Shown: positions 35,908-44,993 of the stretch, piece by piece
How positions within the stretch are numbered: position 1 is the stretch's first letter
Layout: each line of letters opens with the position of its first letter
Assembly: GCA_030602885.1 (NCBI GenBank)
Contig: JAUVYV010000018.1
Location: forward strand, 327-64,326
DNA from: Phycisphaerales bacterium
Lineage (GTDB): Bacteria; Planctomycetota; Phycisphaerae; Sedimentisphaerales; Anaerobacaceae
Reading direction: 5' to 3'
DNA: 64,000 nucleotides
Position numbers and translations under genes: made by a program
Notes under the pieces: model-generated
What the model saw: the letters and a program-made list of their open reading frames with translations, nothing else
What the model was told of the DNA's origin: nothing
Database searches by the model: none

Positions 35908-38646
35908 ATGAAAAACCCCGACAAGCGAGAGGAGCGCTTCGAGAATATGCCCATTCTCGACGAGCTCAAGAACTCGTATCTGAACTACGCCATGAGCGTG
36001 ATAGTCTCGCGTGCTCTGCCGGACGTTCGGGACGGATTGAAGCCGTCGCAGCGACGTATCTTGGTTGCGATGAACGACCTGAATCTTGGCCCTCGCAGCA
36101 AGCACCGCAAGTGCGCCAAGATAGTCGGTGATACGGGCGGCAACTACCATCCACATGGTGACCAGGCAACATACGGGACGTTAGTGCGGATGGGACAAAA
36201 CTGGAGCATGCGGTACTGTCTCGTGGACCCTCAGGGCAATTTCGGTTCGATAGATGCGGACCCTCCGGCGGCGATGCGGTACACCGAGGCGCGGATGACT
36301 GCGGCGGCGACGGACATTATGGAGGACCTCAAGTACGACACGGTTGATTTTGTTCCGAACTACGACGAGACGCGAACGGAGCCGACTGTCCTGCCTTCGA
36401 GGTTTCCGAATCTTTTAGTGAACGGCTCGACCGGTATTGCTGTTGGGATGGCGACGAACATTTCGCCTCATAATGTCGGCGAGATATGTGATGCGCTGCT
36501 TTTGGTAATTGACGACCCGAAGTGCGGTTTTAAGGACATAATGGCCAAGCTCCCGGGCCCGGACTTTCCGACCGGAGGGATGATCTGCGGCAAGAAAGGG
36601 ATTGTCGATGCATACACCACGGGGAAGGGACATCTGAGGGTGAGGGGCAAGGCGGAGATTGAGACGAGCAAACGCGGCAAGGAGAGGATTATTATTACGG
36701 AAATCCCGTATATGGTCGTCAAGACGACGATCGTCTCGAAGATGGCTGACTGCGTTCGCGGAGGCCAGATAGCTGAGATTGCCGATATTCGCGATGAGTC
36801 GGACCGTCGCGGGATGCGGATAGTGGTGGAGCTGAAAAGGGACGCGGATGCGAATGTTGCTTTGAACAAACTTTTTCAGTACACGCCGCTTCAGACAACG
36901 TTTGCGATTGCGAATGTTGCGCTGGTGAACAACCGGCCTGAGGTGCTGAACATCAGGCAGATGCTGGACTGCTTTATCGATCACCGCAAGATGGTGATTC
37001 GCAGACGCAGCCGGTTTCTGTTGAAGCGGTGCAGGAACCGGGCGCATATCCTGGAGGGGCTTATCCTTGCGGTTAGTGACATCGATGAAATTATTGCAAT
37101 TATCAAGAAATCACCGGATGCACCGGCAGCGAAACTGAATTTGATGGCCAAGCCGTTGAAGCTTGTTGAGTCGGCTACACTGAAGAAGCTTCTGCCGAAG
37201 GAGTTTGTGAAGGCCAAGAGCAAGGGCAAGCATTATCTGACGGGTCCGCAGGCGGATGCGATTTTGACGATGCAGCTTCAGCGGCTGACAGGGCTGGAGA
37301 TTGAAAAGCTCGCGAAGGAATATGGCGAGCTGATGGAGCAGATAGAGGGTTACGAGGCGATACTTGCCGATGAGCGCGTGCTGCTTGATATTATTCGCGA
37401 GGACCTTCACGAGATTAAGGGAAAGTATGGTGATAGTCGTCGTACCCAAATTACAGGAAGCGTTGAGCAGTTTGACATTGAGGATTTGATTGCGGAAGAG
37501 GAAGTTATTGTCACGGTGAGTCACGGCGGGTATATCAAGAGAATGCCGGTTGATACTTATCGAAAACAGGGCAGAGGCGGAACGGGCGTCATCGGCTCGG
37601 ATACGAAGGAAGGGGATTTCATCGAGCATTTGTTTGCAGCTTCGACCCACGATTATCTGCTTATTTTCACGAACCGGGGCAAGTGCTATTGGCTGAAGGT
37701 GTATGACGTACCCAGCATGTCGCGTCAGAGTAAGGGCAGGAGTATAGCGAATCTTCTCAAGCTCGGTGACCAGACAATCGCCTCGGTGATAAATGTCGCG
37801 AAGCTGACCGGCGGCGAAGACGATGAAAAATCCGGCGGGCTTGAGCTTGTCATGGCGACGCGGAACGGATTGGTAAAAAAGACAAAGCTCAGTGCCTACA
37901 GTCATCCTCGATCGACCGGTGTGATTGCGATCAAGCTCGATCCCAACGATGCACTTATTAACGCGGCGCTGAAGACGGGGCGTGACCATATTGTTTTGGG
38001 TACGCGTGACGGGATGGCAATACGTTTCGACGAGCAGCAGGTGCGCTCGATGGGCCGGGTGTCTCGTGGGGTCATCGGAATCAAGCTTCGCTCCGGTGAT
38101 GCAGTTGTCGATATGGTGATTGCGGAAGCCGGTGCGGCGCTGTTGACGGTTTGTGAGAATGGATACGGCAAGCGGACGGGTCTTGACAACTACCGGCCTC
38201 AGAACCGTGGCGGCGTCGGGCTTAAGAACATCAAGACCAGCTCACGAAACGGCAAGGTTGTTGCGTTGAAGATGGTTCAGTGGGCGGATGAGCTGATGCT
38301 GATTACGGCGCACGGTATTATCATTCGGACAGGTCTTGACCAGATTCGTTCGATCGGCAGGAATACGCAGGGGGTGCGGCTCATCAAGCTGCGGGAGGGT
38401 GATAAGCTTGTTGCTGCTGCGAAGATTGCGCCCGAGGAGCCGGAGAACTCGAGGCGGAAATCGAACGGTAAGCAGGAAGCGAAAGCCGAGGCTGAGCCGA
38501 AAGCCCAGGAAGAGACGAGAACGGAGACGAAATCCAGACCTAAGTCTGTGCCCAGACAGAAAGCAAAGATGCAGACAAAGGTCAAGGCCAAGGCAAAGAC
38601 GAAGACCACGACCAAGAAAAAGAGCAGGAAAAAGAGCCGCCGGTAG
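35908..38646 (+). CDS. gyrA: DNA gyrase subunit A, with a Lys-rich C-terminal tail.
   Basis: YAMSVIVSRALPDVRDGLKPSQRRIL and the active-site region AAMRYTEARM are present, as are the C-terminal beta-pinwheel repeats. The final ~60 aa are K/E/T-rich. Confidence 0.95.
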   Translation: MKNPDKREERFENMPILDELKNSYLNYAMSVIVSRALPDVRDGLKPSQRRILVAMNDLNLGPRSKHRKCAKIVGDTGGNYHPHGDQATYGTLVRMGQNWSMRYCLVDPQGNFGSIDADPPAAMRYTEARMTAAATDIMEDLKYDTVDFVPNYDETRTEPTVLPSRFPNLLVNGSTGIAVGMATNISPHNVGEICDALLLVIDDPKCGFKDIMAKLPGPDFPTGGMICGKKGIVDAYTTGKGHLRVRGKAEIETSKRGKERIIITEIPYMVVKTTIVSKMADCVRGGQIAEIADIRDESDRRGMRIVVELKRDADANVALNKLFQYTPLQTTFAIANVALVNNRPEVLNIRQMLDCFIDHRKMVIRRRSRFLLKRCRNRAHILEGLILAVSDIDEIIAIIKKSPDAPAAKLNLMAKPLKLVESATLKKLLPKEFVKAKSKGKHYLTGPQADAILTMQLQRLTGLEIEKLAKEYGELMEQIEGYEAILADERVLLDIIREDLHEIKGKYGDSRRTQITGSVEQFDIEDLIAEEEVIVTVSHGGYIKRMPVDTYRKQGRGGTGVIGSDTKEGDFIEHLFAASTHDYLLIFTNRGKCYWLKVYDVPSMSRQSKGRSIANLLKLGDQTIASVINVAKLTGGEDDEKSGGLELVMATRNGLVKKTKLSAYSHPRSTGVIAIKLDPNDALINAALKTGRDHIVLGTRDGMAIRFDEQQVRSMGRVSRGVIGIKLRSGDAVVDMVIAEAGAALLTVCENGYGKRTGLDNYRPQNRGGVGLKNIKTSSRNGKVVALKMVQWADELMLITAHGIIIRTGLDQIRSIGRNTQGVRLIKLREGDKLVAAAKIAPEEPENSRRKSNGKQEAKAEAEPKAQEETRTETKSRPKSVPRQKAKMQTKVKAKAKTKTTTKKKSRKKSRR

Positions 38647-38655
38647 AAATGGCGA

Positions 38656-39714
38656 TTGATTAGGTTTTGCCTGAAAGCGAAGATGGCCAAGGGTAAGCGG
38701 AAGTCAACAGACAAGCACGGACGCATTTATGTCGTCGCGGGCAAAGAAGAGACGCTGGTAAACATCCGGTGCAGCGAGCTGCTTGACGAGCTGATCGAGC
38801 CGGAGCAGCGTGTGACGGGTCTTTTTGATGTGGATGGGGACAAGGTTTCTGTCTCAGAGGTATTCGACGAGCTTCGGACGCTGCCGTTTCTGGCCGAAGT
38901 AAGGGTTGTTCTGATAAAGAACGCCGAGAAGTTCGTCTCGGCGAATCGTGAGCTGCTTGAGAAGTATTTTGACAGTCCTTCGTCAACGGGGGTGCTTGTG
39001 CTGACGGTCGGCACCTGGGACAGCAGGACGCGACTTGCGAAGAAGCTGGGCAGCGTGGGGACACTTATTGCGGTTGAACAGCCGAAGCCGTGGGAGCTTT
39101 GGAGACATCTGGTTTCTTATGCAAGAGATGCGTACGACAAAACCATTGCCGAAGATGCGGCAAAGCTGCTGGTCGATTTAGCCGGTGATGATTTGGCCCG
39201 GCTTTACGGCGAGGTCGATAAGCTTGCTCTGTTTGCAGACGAAGAAAAGTGCATAACGACAAAACATATCGAGTCACTGATAGGCCACAATCGTTTTTTC
39301 AATGCCTTTGCAGTGATTGATGCGTGTCTTGCGGGCGATGCCGGTGGGGCGACGGAACGGCTCAGGAGGATGTTTGCAGAGGACAAGTCGAGCGAATACA
39401 CGGTTGTCGGTGCATTTGCATATCATTTTCGCAAGATGTGGACGGCGAAGAAGATGTTGGCTGAGGGGCAGAGCGTCAATTCGATAGCGGGCAAGCTGCG
39501 TATGTGGTACAACAAGGAGGCGCAGTTTCGACAGGTCAGGAAGTTGTCGCTGAAGCAGATTGGCGACCGGCTGCAGGAATTGGCGGGGATTGATTACGCG
39601 ATAAAGCGAGGCCAGGCCCAGCCGAGAGTGGCAATGGAGCAACTGGTTTTGAATATTGCCTGGGCGGTAGTTGAATCAGGACAAGTTCCGGGGATCGCAA
39701 AGGAGTCTGGTTGA
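38656..39714 (+). CDS. holA: DNA polymerase III delta subunit.
   Basis: Length and the pattern IYVVAGKEETL...DELRTLPFLAEVRVVLIKNAEKF match HolA. An alternative ATG lies at 38683. Confidence 0.75.
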   Translation: MIRFCLKAKMAKGKRKSTDKHGRIYVVAGKEETLVNIRCSELLDELIEPEQRVTGLFDVDGDKVSVSEVFDELRTLPFLAEVRVVLIKNAEKFVSANRELLEKYFDSPSSTGVLVLTVGTWDSRTRLAKKLGSVGTLIAVEQPKPWELWRHLVSYARDAYDKTIAEDAAKLLVDLAGDDLARLYGEVDKLALFADEEKCITTKHIESLIGHNRFFNAFAVIDACLAGDAGGATERLRRMFAEDKSSEYTVVGAFAYHFRKMWTAKKMLAEGQSVNSIAGKLRMWYNKEAQFRQVRKLSLKQIGDRLQELAGIDYAIKRGQAQPRVAMEQLVLNIAWAVVESGQVPGIAKESG

Positions 39715-39739
39715 GAGTGAATCGGATCAGCAGGGACGG

Positions 39740-40216
39740 TTACTGCGTGTTATTAGTGATCTCAGCGGGGTCCTTATTGTCTTCTATGGCCTCTATTTTT
39801 TGAACCCTTCTTTGGTGTCTGCCGGTGCCGGCAAAGTCGGTGCTGAGCCATACCTCGACCATTCTGCGCAGCAGCACTTCGCCGAGCAGCTCTCCCGAGA
39901 CGCAAAGGACGTTCGCGTCGTTATGGTGACGCGAAATCTGCGCGCTAAGCTCGTCGTAACACAGCGCAGCCCTTATCCCCTTTACCTTGTTTGCGCTGAT
40001 ACTCATTCCGATACCGGTACCGCAGGCCAGTATTGCTCTGTCGGCGCGTTTTTCAGCTACCGCCTTGGCTGCGAGGTATGCCGGGTCAGGATAATCGATC
40101 GGATTGCTGTCGGCAGTCCCGACGTCTATGCATTCGTGGCCAAGCTGCTCAACAATTGTCTTTATCAACTGTTTAGCCTTGAAACCACGATGGTCACTTC
40201 CGATTGCTACTTTCAT
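39740..40216 (-). CDS. rpiB: Ribose-5-phosphate isomerase B.
   Basis: MKVAIGSDHRGF...ILACGTGIGMSISANK. Confidence 0.9.
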   Translation of the reverse strand: MKVAIGSDHRGFKAKQLIKTIVEQLGHECIDVGTADSNPIDYPDPAYLAAKAVAEKRADRAILACGTGIGMSISANKVKGIRAALCYDELSAQISRHHNDANVLCVSGELLGEVLLRRMVEVWLSTDFAGTGRHQRRVQKIEAIEDNKDPAEITNNTQ

Positions 40217-41334
40217 ATCAAAATTTCACCAATCCTTTTCTTAGTGCCTGCATCAATTAGCTCGGCACATTCGTCATAAACGCTCTGCGAGCGGCCTATC
40301 GGGTCGGGCACATCCGTTTCTTCAACCAGCAACATGGTTTTTCCCGCTGCTTCGGGACTTAGCCCGAGTATTGTTTGCAGGTGCTCCCGCGCCAAGGAAA
40401 ATATCAGGTCGTTTTCTGCAACGAGGTATTGAGTCAGCCCGTTGCTTCTGTGTCCGCTGATGTCAATTCCCCTGGTCGCACAAGCCCTTATGGCCTCGAT
40501 GGTTGCACCGAACCCGACCATCCCAATAGTGCCTGCAGATGAAATCTTATACCCTTTTTTTTCGAGCTCGTCAACCTTGCAATTCAATTTTTCTGCTAAG
40601 TATTTCTTGCACATTCCCTCGGCCATTGGGCTCCTGCAGCTATTGCCGGTGCAGACGAAGAGAATCCTGACCTGTGAGCTCTGCTCGAGCTCGGCCCCGG
40701 ACAAAGCGCCCTCGCGCAAGACGTGCAGGCCGTTCTTGCCTATTTTCACAACGGTGCTGCTCTTTTTGTATTTGCAGGGGCCTGCGTCGAGTAGAAGGTC
40801 GATTTTGCCGTTGAATCGGCGCAAGACCGCACCTGCGTCGATAGGCGGTTCGTCACCTGCGAGGTTTGCGCTTGGGGCGACGACCGGACTTTTCGTCGCG
40901 GCGAGCAGGGCAGCGGCCACCGGATGGTCCACCCAGCGAATGCCTATCGAATTATCGCGGTAGAGGTTGGCGAAAACGTCGGTTTTGAGGTTTTTTTTCT
41001 GCTTTTTGAGGTCATGGTCGGTCAGTTCGAAGACGATGGTCAGTGGGCCTGGCCAGGCGTTTTTGACGAGCTTGGCGGCCCGCAGGCCTATGGTGGGGAC
41101 GTAAGTATCGAGCTGGTCACCGGTTGCGATGTGCAGGGTGTAATACTTATCTGGTGAGCGGCCTTTTAGCTGGTCGAGCTTACGGAGGGTATCGTTTGCC
41201 ACGCGAGCTGCGATGCCGTAAACGGTTTCCGTAGGGAAACTTACAAGGCCGCCGGAATCGATTGCTTCGGCGGCTTCGTTGATGGCGGCGGCGTCGATGT
41301 TGTCTGGGTCAATTGTTACAACCTTTGTCTCCAT
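40213..41334 (-). CDS. Fusion of L-threonylcarbamoyladenylate synthase (TsaC/Sua5-YrdC domain) and a low-molecular-weight protein-tyrosine/arsenate-type phosphatase.
   Basis: The YrdC domain shows FPTETVYGIAA...APSANLAG. The C-terminal LMW-PTP P-loop is VCTGNSCRSPMAEG. A 4-nt overlap links it to rpiB. Confidence 0.8.
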   Translation of the reverse strand: METKVVTIDPDNIDAAAINEAAEAIDSGGLVSFPTETVYGIAARVANDTLRKLDQLKGRSPDKYYTLHIATGDQLDTYVPTIGLRAAKLVKNAWPGPLTIVFELTDHDLKKQKKNLKTDVFANLYRDNSIGIRWVDHPVAAALLAATKSPVVAPSANLAGDEPPIDAGAVLRRFNGKIDLLLDAGPCKYKKSSTVVKIGKNGLHVLREGALSGAELEQSSQVRILFVCTGNSCRSPMAEGMCKKYLAEKLNCKVDELEKKGYKISSAGTIGMVGFGATIEAIRACATRGIDISGHRSNGLTQYLVAENDLIFSLAREHLQTILGLSPEAAGKTMLLVEETDVPDPIGRSQSVYDECAELIDAGTKKRIGEILI

Positions 41335-41476
41335 AAGCGCTTAACATACAACAACCATTGGATAATGGCAAGATGCGTTCTTAAAGTTGTGTGGCGAGTG
41401 TCTGACTACATATTCTGGCGGTTATGCGGATAGCTTTTTCCGGGCAGACCAGTATCGTTTCCACAGGCCGCTGGAA

Positions 41477-41557
41477 CGTACCGACGCAAGAGCCGCCAAT
41501 ATCCTCGGCAACGGAGAAAAAACACTCTACCGAAAAATCAAAGAATATAACCTCTAA
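41477..41557 (+). pseudogene. C-terminal remnant (Fis-type HTH) of a sigma-54-dependent transcriptional activator.
   Basis: Translation gives RTDARAANILGNGEKTLYRKIKEYNL*, the canonical C-terminal DNA-binding tail of an enhancer-binding protein. No AAA+ domain lies upstream. Confidence 0.5.
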
Positions 41558-41572
41558 ACGTGTCTCGTGACC

Positions 41573-41602
41573 CGTGAAGCGGAATATGCTTCACGTTTTT
41601 TT
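41573..41602 (+). terminator. Rho-independent terminator retained after the activator remnant.
   Basis: Stem cgtgaagc / gcttcacg with loop ggaatat, followed by ttttttt. Confidence 0.8.
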
Positions 41603-41763
41603 CTTTGCCTTTTCACTTCTTTTGTGTTATTTTACTTCCCTGAATGCGTGATGCGGACATCTTGAAAAGTGCAGCAAAATATGAGATAAGAAAATTGAAC
41701 CGAAGCAGCGGCTAAATTGGCAACAAAACGTGTGAAACTATTGCAAATGTTAACCAAAAAAAT

Positions 41764-42003
41764 ATGCAAAGAAAAAATCGAAAGCTTCGCTTGATGTGGC
41801 TTCTTTACATTATTAAGGAGAGGGAAAAGTTTTACACGGGAATAACCACCGATCTCAAAAATCGCTTACACCAACATGGTAACCCTCCATTGCTTTATAA
41901 AGAGCCTTTTCAAAATAAACATCAAGCTGCGCGAAGAGAAAGGCAGATTAAGGGCTGGTCAAAAGCAAAGAAACAAGACTTAATCACAGGACTCATTAGG
42001 TGA
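41764..42003 (+). CDS. GIY-YIG nuclease family protein (short UPF0213-like).
   Basis: LYIIKEREKFYTGITTDLKNRLHQH...RRERQIKGWSKAKKQDLI. The gene is AT-rich like the adjacent island. The true start may be the Met at 41794. Confidence 0.7.
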   Translation: MQRKNRKLRLMWLLYIIKEREKFYTGITTDLKNRLHQHGNPPLLYKEPFQNKHQAARRERQIKGWSKAKKQDLITGLIR

Positions 42004-42101
42004 GTTTACACTGAGGAGCACAGAGACGAAGTGAGCCCTGCTCGGAAAGCTTCTAATGTTTCACTGTCCGCAGGGCTCGAACCATACAAGAACGTTGACA
42101 T

Positions 42102-44993
42102 TTATTTCGCTTTTTCAGCAAGCTTAAAGTATAAATCTTTGAAATCATATATATGCTTACGGCCATAATTATCTGCCAAAAGCATTGCTTCTTTTCGAAT
42201 CTCTTCTACATCTTTATAATCATTCTGTAGTTGTTCAACATGCTGTATAAATTCTGCAAGTTTTTCTTTGTAAATGGAATAATACATAGGCATCTGCTCA
42301 TCATTCACTGCTTTATTCAAACATTTCAAGGCTATAAGTTCATTCCCCTTTGAAGTATCTAAAACGCCTTTTATAAAATCGGTTACTCGCCAATGTTTAC
42401 CAAATCTTCCACCGAGTAATTCTAACGTTTTATAAAGCAATTCGAATGTTTTTTCAGCTTCTATTGGTGAATCTTTCACCCATTTTACAAACTTTTCTGC
42501 TTCTTCTCTGTTCGCCTCTGGGTTTTGTTCAATTTCTTTAATCCTTTCCTCCCAGTACCTCTCCAACCTTTTAGCTATTTCTCCCTCGTCTTTTTTCTCT
42601 TTTATGGCTGTAAACCCGGTCGTCAAAAATCCTGCCGCTTTCCCTCTCAATTTTGCGGATGCTTTCTTATAAAACTCAACCAAAATAGGATCATCATATT
42701 CAATCCATGAATTAAAAAATCCTATCATTAAATGTTCTACAAGTCCCTCATCAGGCTCTTTGTCATGCTTCCCATAGATACCAGTTCCAATTTTACTGAC
42801 TGCATGCATATATTTCCCGCGCTTTTCTAAATCCTCGAAAATTGTCTTATAGGGCCTGCTCCATGTTATATAAGAACCCCATAAAACATCCCATGTTTTG
42901 TCATCCTTCTCATCAAATATGTCGTCTAATTTACCTTCTACCCATTTTTCTTCGAGACCGTATACTTGAGGAAACCAAACACCCAAGACGCACCTTATCC
43001 TTTCGTCTTCGATTTTATCAATCACTTCTTCAAGCACACTACGGATTCTCGCACTCCATTGTTTCTCATAATTCTTTTTATTTTGATTTATAGAAGCTAA
43101 ACCGAATTTCACAACAAGTGAAAATGCTTTTCCTGCCACACAGTTAGCGCTCCTCTGAAATGGGTCCTGTCCGATTTCACTTATTTCTCTTTCATCTTTA
43201 TATCTTACCAATGGCTCAATGATCCCCCAAATCACTTCTCCATTTTCTGTTATTTGCTTTGTTTTTATTTCTTTGTCTTCAAATATACCCTCTATAATAT
43301 AAATTATTGAATTATATACTCCTTCATAATCCTTATTCAAACCCTGTTTATTTACAACATATTTAGCATGATCAATAAATCTTACTAAACTTTCATCTTC
43401 AATCTTTTTCTCTCGCAAAACATTCCAAGCCCCATGAAAATATCTTTTCAGAAAAATAGGTTTTAGTTTAATTATCTCTTCATCTTTCAGTTTGGAATAA
43501 TCATCTATTCTTTGTTGTGCGACTTTCTCGAAAACACCTTCTAATCCTTCTTCTGGGGTATGAAAAAAGCTCTCTTTCTTCTTATCTATCTTCCACCTTG
43601 TGGCATCGCACAAATATTCTATTGCTTCTTTGGGCTCCATCTTACACATTTCATCTACGGTAATAGGTGCCCCCTCTGTTTCTGCTATATCCATCCCTTC
43701 CCCAAGATGAGGCCTTGGTGCAAGAATTTCATCGTCAGCTTCGCTTTTCTCTTTATATTCTTTATAAAGCTCGGGATAACTTTCTTTAACTAAAAACAGT
43801 TCTCTCGCCTTTCTTGAATTCTCTATTGTTTCAAAATCTTTATCAGTAGCTTCCCTTCTTTCTCGTTCCTTAAACCATTTTGATATTCTCTTTTTTTCTT
43901 CCTCATCAATTTTATTTTCTTCTTCTACCCAATTTTCAAAAACTTTCTTTGATTCCGTGCTGATCTCCTCAAATTTGTCATTTAGTAATAGCCTATATTC
44001 ATACCACCAGTAACTCTTCTCTAAAAACTCTGGATTTCCAATTATTGAATTAATCCTTTCTGTCTCCATACCAGCAGGTGCAATTCTCAGCAAATACATA
44101 ATAATCCGTTGGAATACAACTTTGTTTAGACCTCCAAGATAATCCAACATCTCCCCAAAATGTTCAGGTTCTTTTTCAATGACCGCTTTTCCTATTTCAC
44201 ATATGCCTCCCACAAGTATAGCTACAATGTCTCTTTCGAACCTATCACCAATTTGGTCAACCCTCTCAATTGTTATGTTAAAACCGCTCTCAAGTCCATA
44301 ATTTTCGCTGTCAAGTTCCTCAAGACCTTTATTAAATGTATCCGCCAACAGCTTTGCCGCCCTTAATGGGTCAATCTCCCATAGTTTTTTGTAATTCTTG
44401 AATACTAACTCTTGATAGTGATACTCCTCGAATCTTGCTCTTAGGTCACTTGTCCCCTTCTCTCCCTTCCATACCTCAAGCAGCATCTCTGCTATCACAA
44501 AAGCTTTATCTGTCTCAATATCAGCAAGTTGCCTCATAACCTTGGCTGCCGAGTCGCCAACAAAGTACCAAATCTTATTAACACGTCTTTCCAAAAGTTT
44601 TCTGGCTAAAGCACTCGCCTCACTTACGAACTCAGGTCTTTTTTCCAAAAGATCCAGTAATGTATCGAGGGATTTGTGTTGAACAAACCCGTCTTTCGCA
44701 TCTATTCCTGAAATAATGTCAATAACATCTTCCGGAACCTGTTCAACAACCTTTGATAAATAAACTGCCTTCATCCTACCAACTCTGCTAACTTCATCAT
44801 CTTGTAATTCATTAAACTCTCCAGCTTCTTTTAGAATTTTCACCCATTCTCCATTTTCACACTTATCGTAAAAGTATACTGCCAATGCTTCATCATCCCT
44901 GATTATTGTAAGCAGAACATTAAATTCGACTGGAGCAGGCTCCATATTCATTAAAACATCAAGCTTTTTTGCTTTATTATAAAAATCTTTCAT
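42102..44993 (-). CDS. Large (963 aa) all-alpha, HEAT/ARM-like repeat protein of unknown function. It is the second gene of the island operon.
   Basis: The long ORF is uninterrupted in a strongly AT-rich segment. I can see no Walker A motif and no nuclease, protease or kinase motif. The sequence is rich in K, E, W and Y, with amphipathic-helix periodicity. Its ATG overlaps the upstream stop codon (ATGA at 44990-44993). Confidence 0.7.
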   Translation of the reverse strand: MKDFYNKAKKLDVLMNMEPAPVEFNVLLTIIRDDEALAVYFYDKCENGEWVKILKEAGEFNELQDDEVSRVGRMKAVYLSKVVEQVPEDVIDIISGIDAKDGFVQHKSLDTLLDLLEKRPEFVSEASALARKLLERRVNKIWYFVGDSAAKVMRQLADIETDKAFVIAEMLLEVWKGEKGTSDLRARFEEYHYQELVFKNYKKLWEIDPLRAAKLLADTFNKGLEELDSENYGLESGFNITIERVDQIGDRFERDIVAILVGGICEIGKAVIEKEPEHFGEMLDYLGGLNKVVFQRIIMYLLRIAPAGMETERINSIIGNPEFLEKSYWWYEYRLLLNDKFEEISTESKKVFENWVEEENKIDEEEKKRISKWFKERERREATDKDFETIENSRKARELFLVKESYPELYKEYKEKSEADDEILAPRPHLGEGMDIAETEGAPITVDEMCKMEPKEAIEYLCDATRWKIDKKKESFFHTPEEGLEGVFEKVAQQRIDDYSKLKDEEIIKLKPIFLKRYFHGAWNVLREKKIEDESLVRFIDHAKYVVNKQGLNKDYEGVYNSIIYIIEGIFEDKEIKTKQITENGEVIWGIIEPLVRYKDEREISEIGQDPFQRSANCVAGKAFSLVVKFGLASINQNKKNYEKQWSARIRSVLEEVIDKIEDERIRCVLGVWFPQVYGLEEKWVEGKLDDIFDEKDDKTWDVLWGSYITWSRPYKTIFEDLEKRGKYMHAVSKIGTGIYGKHDKEPDEGLVEHLMIGFFNSWIEYDDPILVEFYKKASAKLRGKAAGFLTTGFTAIKEKKDEGEIAKRLERYWEERIKEIEQNPEANREEAEKFVKWVKDSPIEAEKTFELLYKTLELLGGRFGKHWRVTDFIKGVLDTSKGNELIALKCLNKAVNDEQMPMYYSIYKEKLAEFIQHVEQLQNDYKDVEEIRKEAMLLADNYGRKHIYDFKDLYFKLAEKAK

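Noticed and set aside
42033-42085. A tRNA-like T-arm (gcagggctcgaacc) that could be a tRNA gene fragment or att site at the island edge.
   Set aside because: The flanking bases do not form a T-stem or acceptor stem. The sequence is better explained as the right arm of a 9-bp inverted repeat, gagccctgc (42033-42041) with gcagggctc (42070-42078), between the convergent GIY-YIG and 963-aa genes. No matching direct repeat was found at the other island edge.
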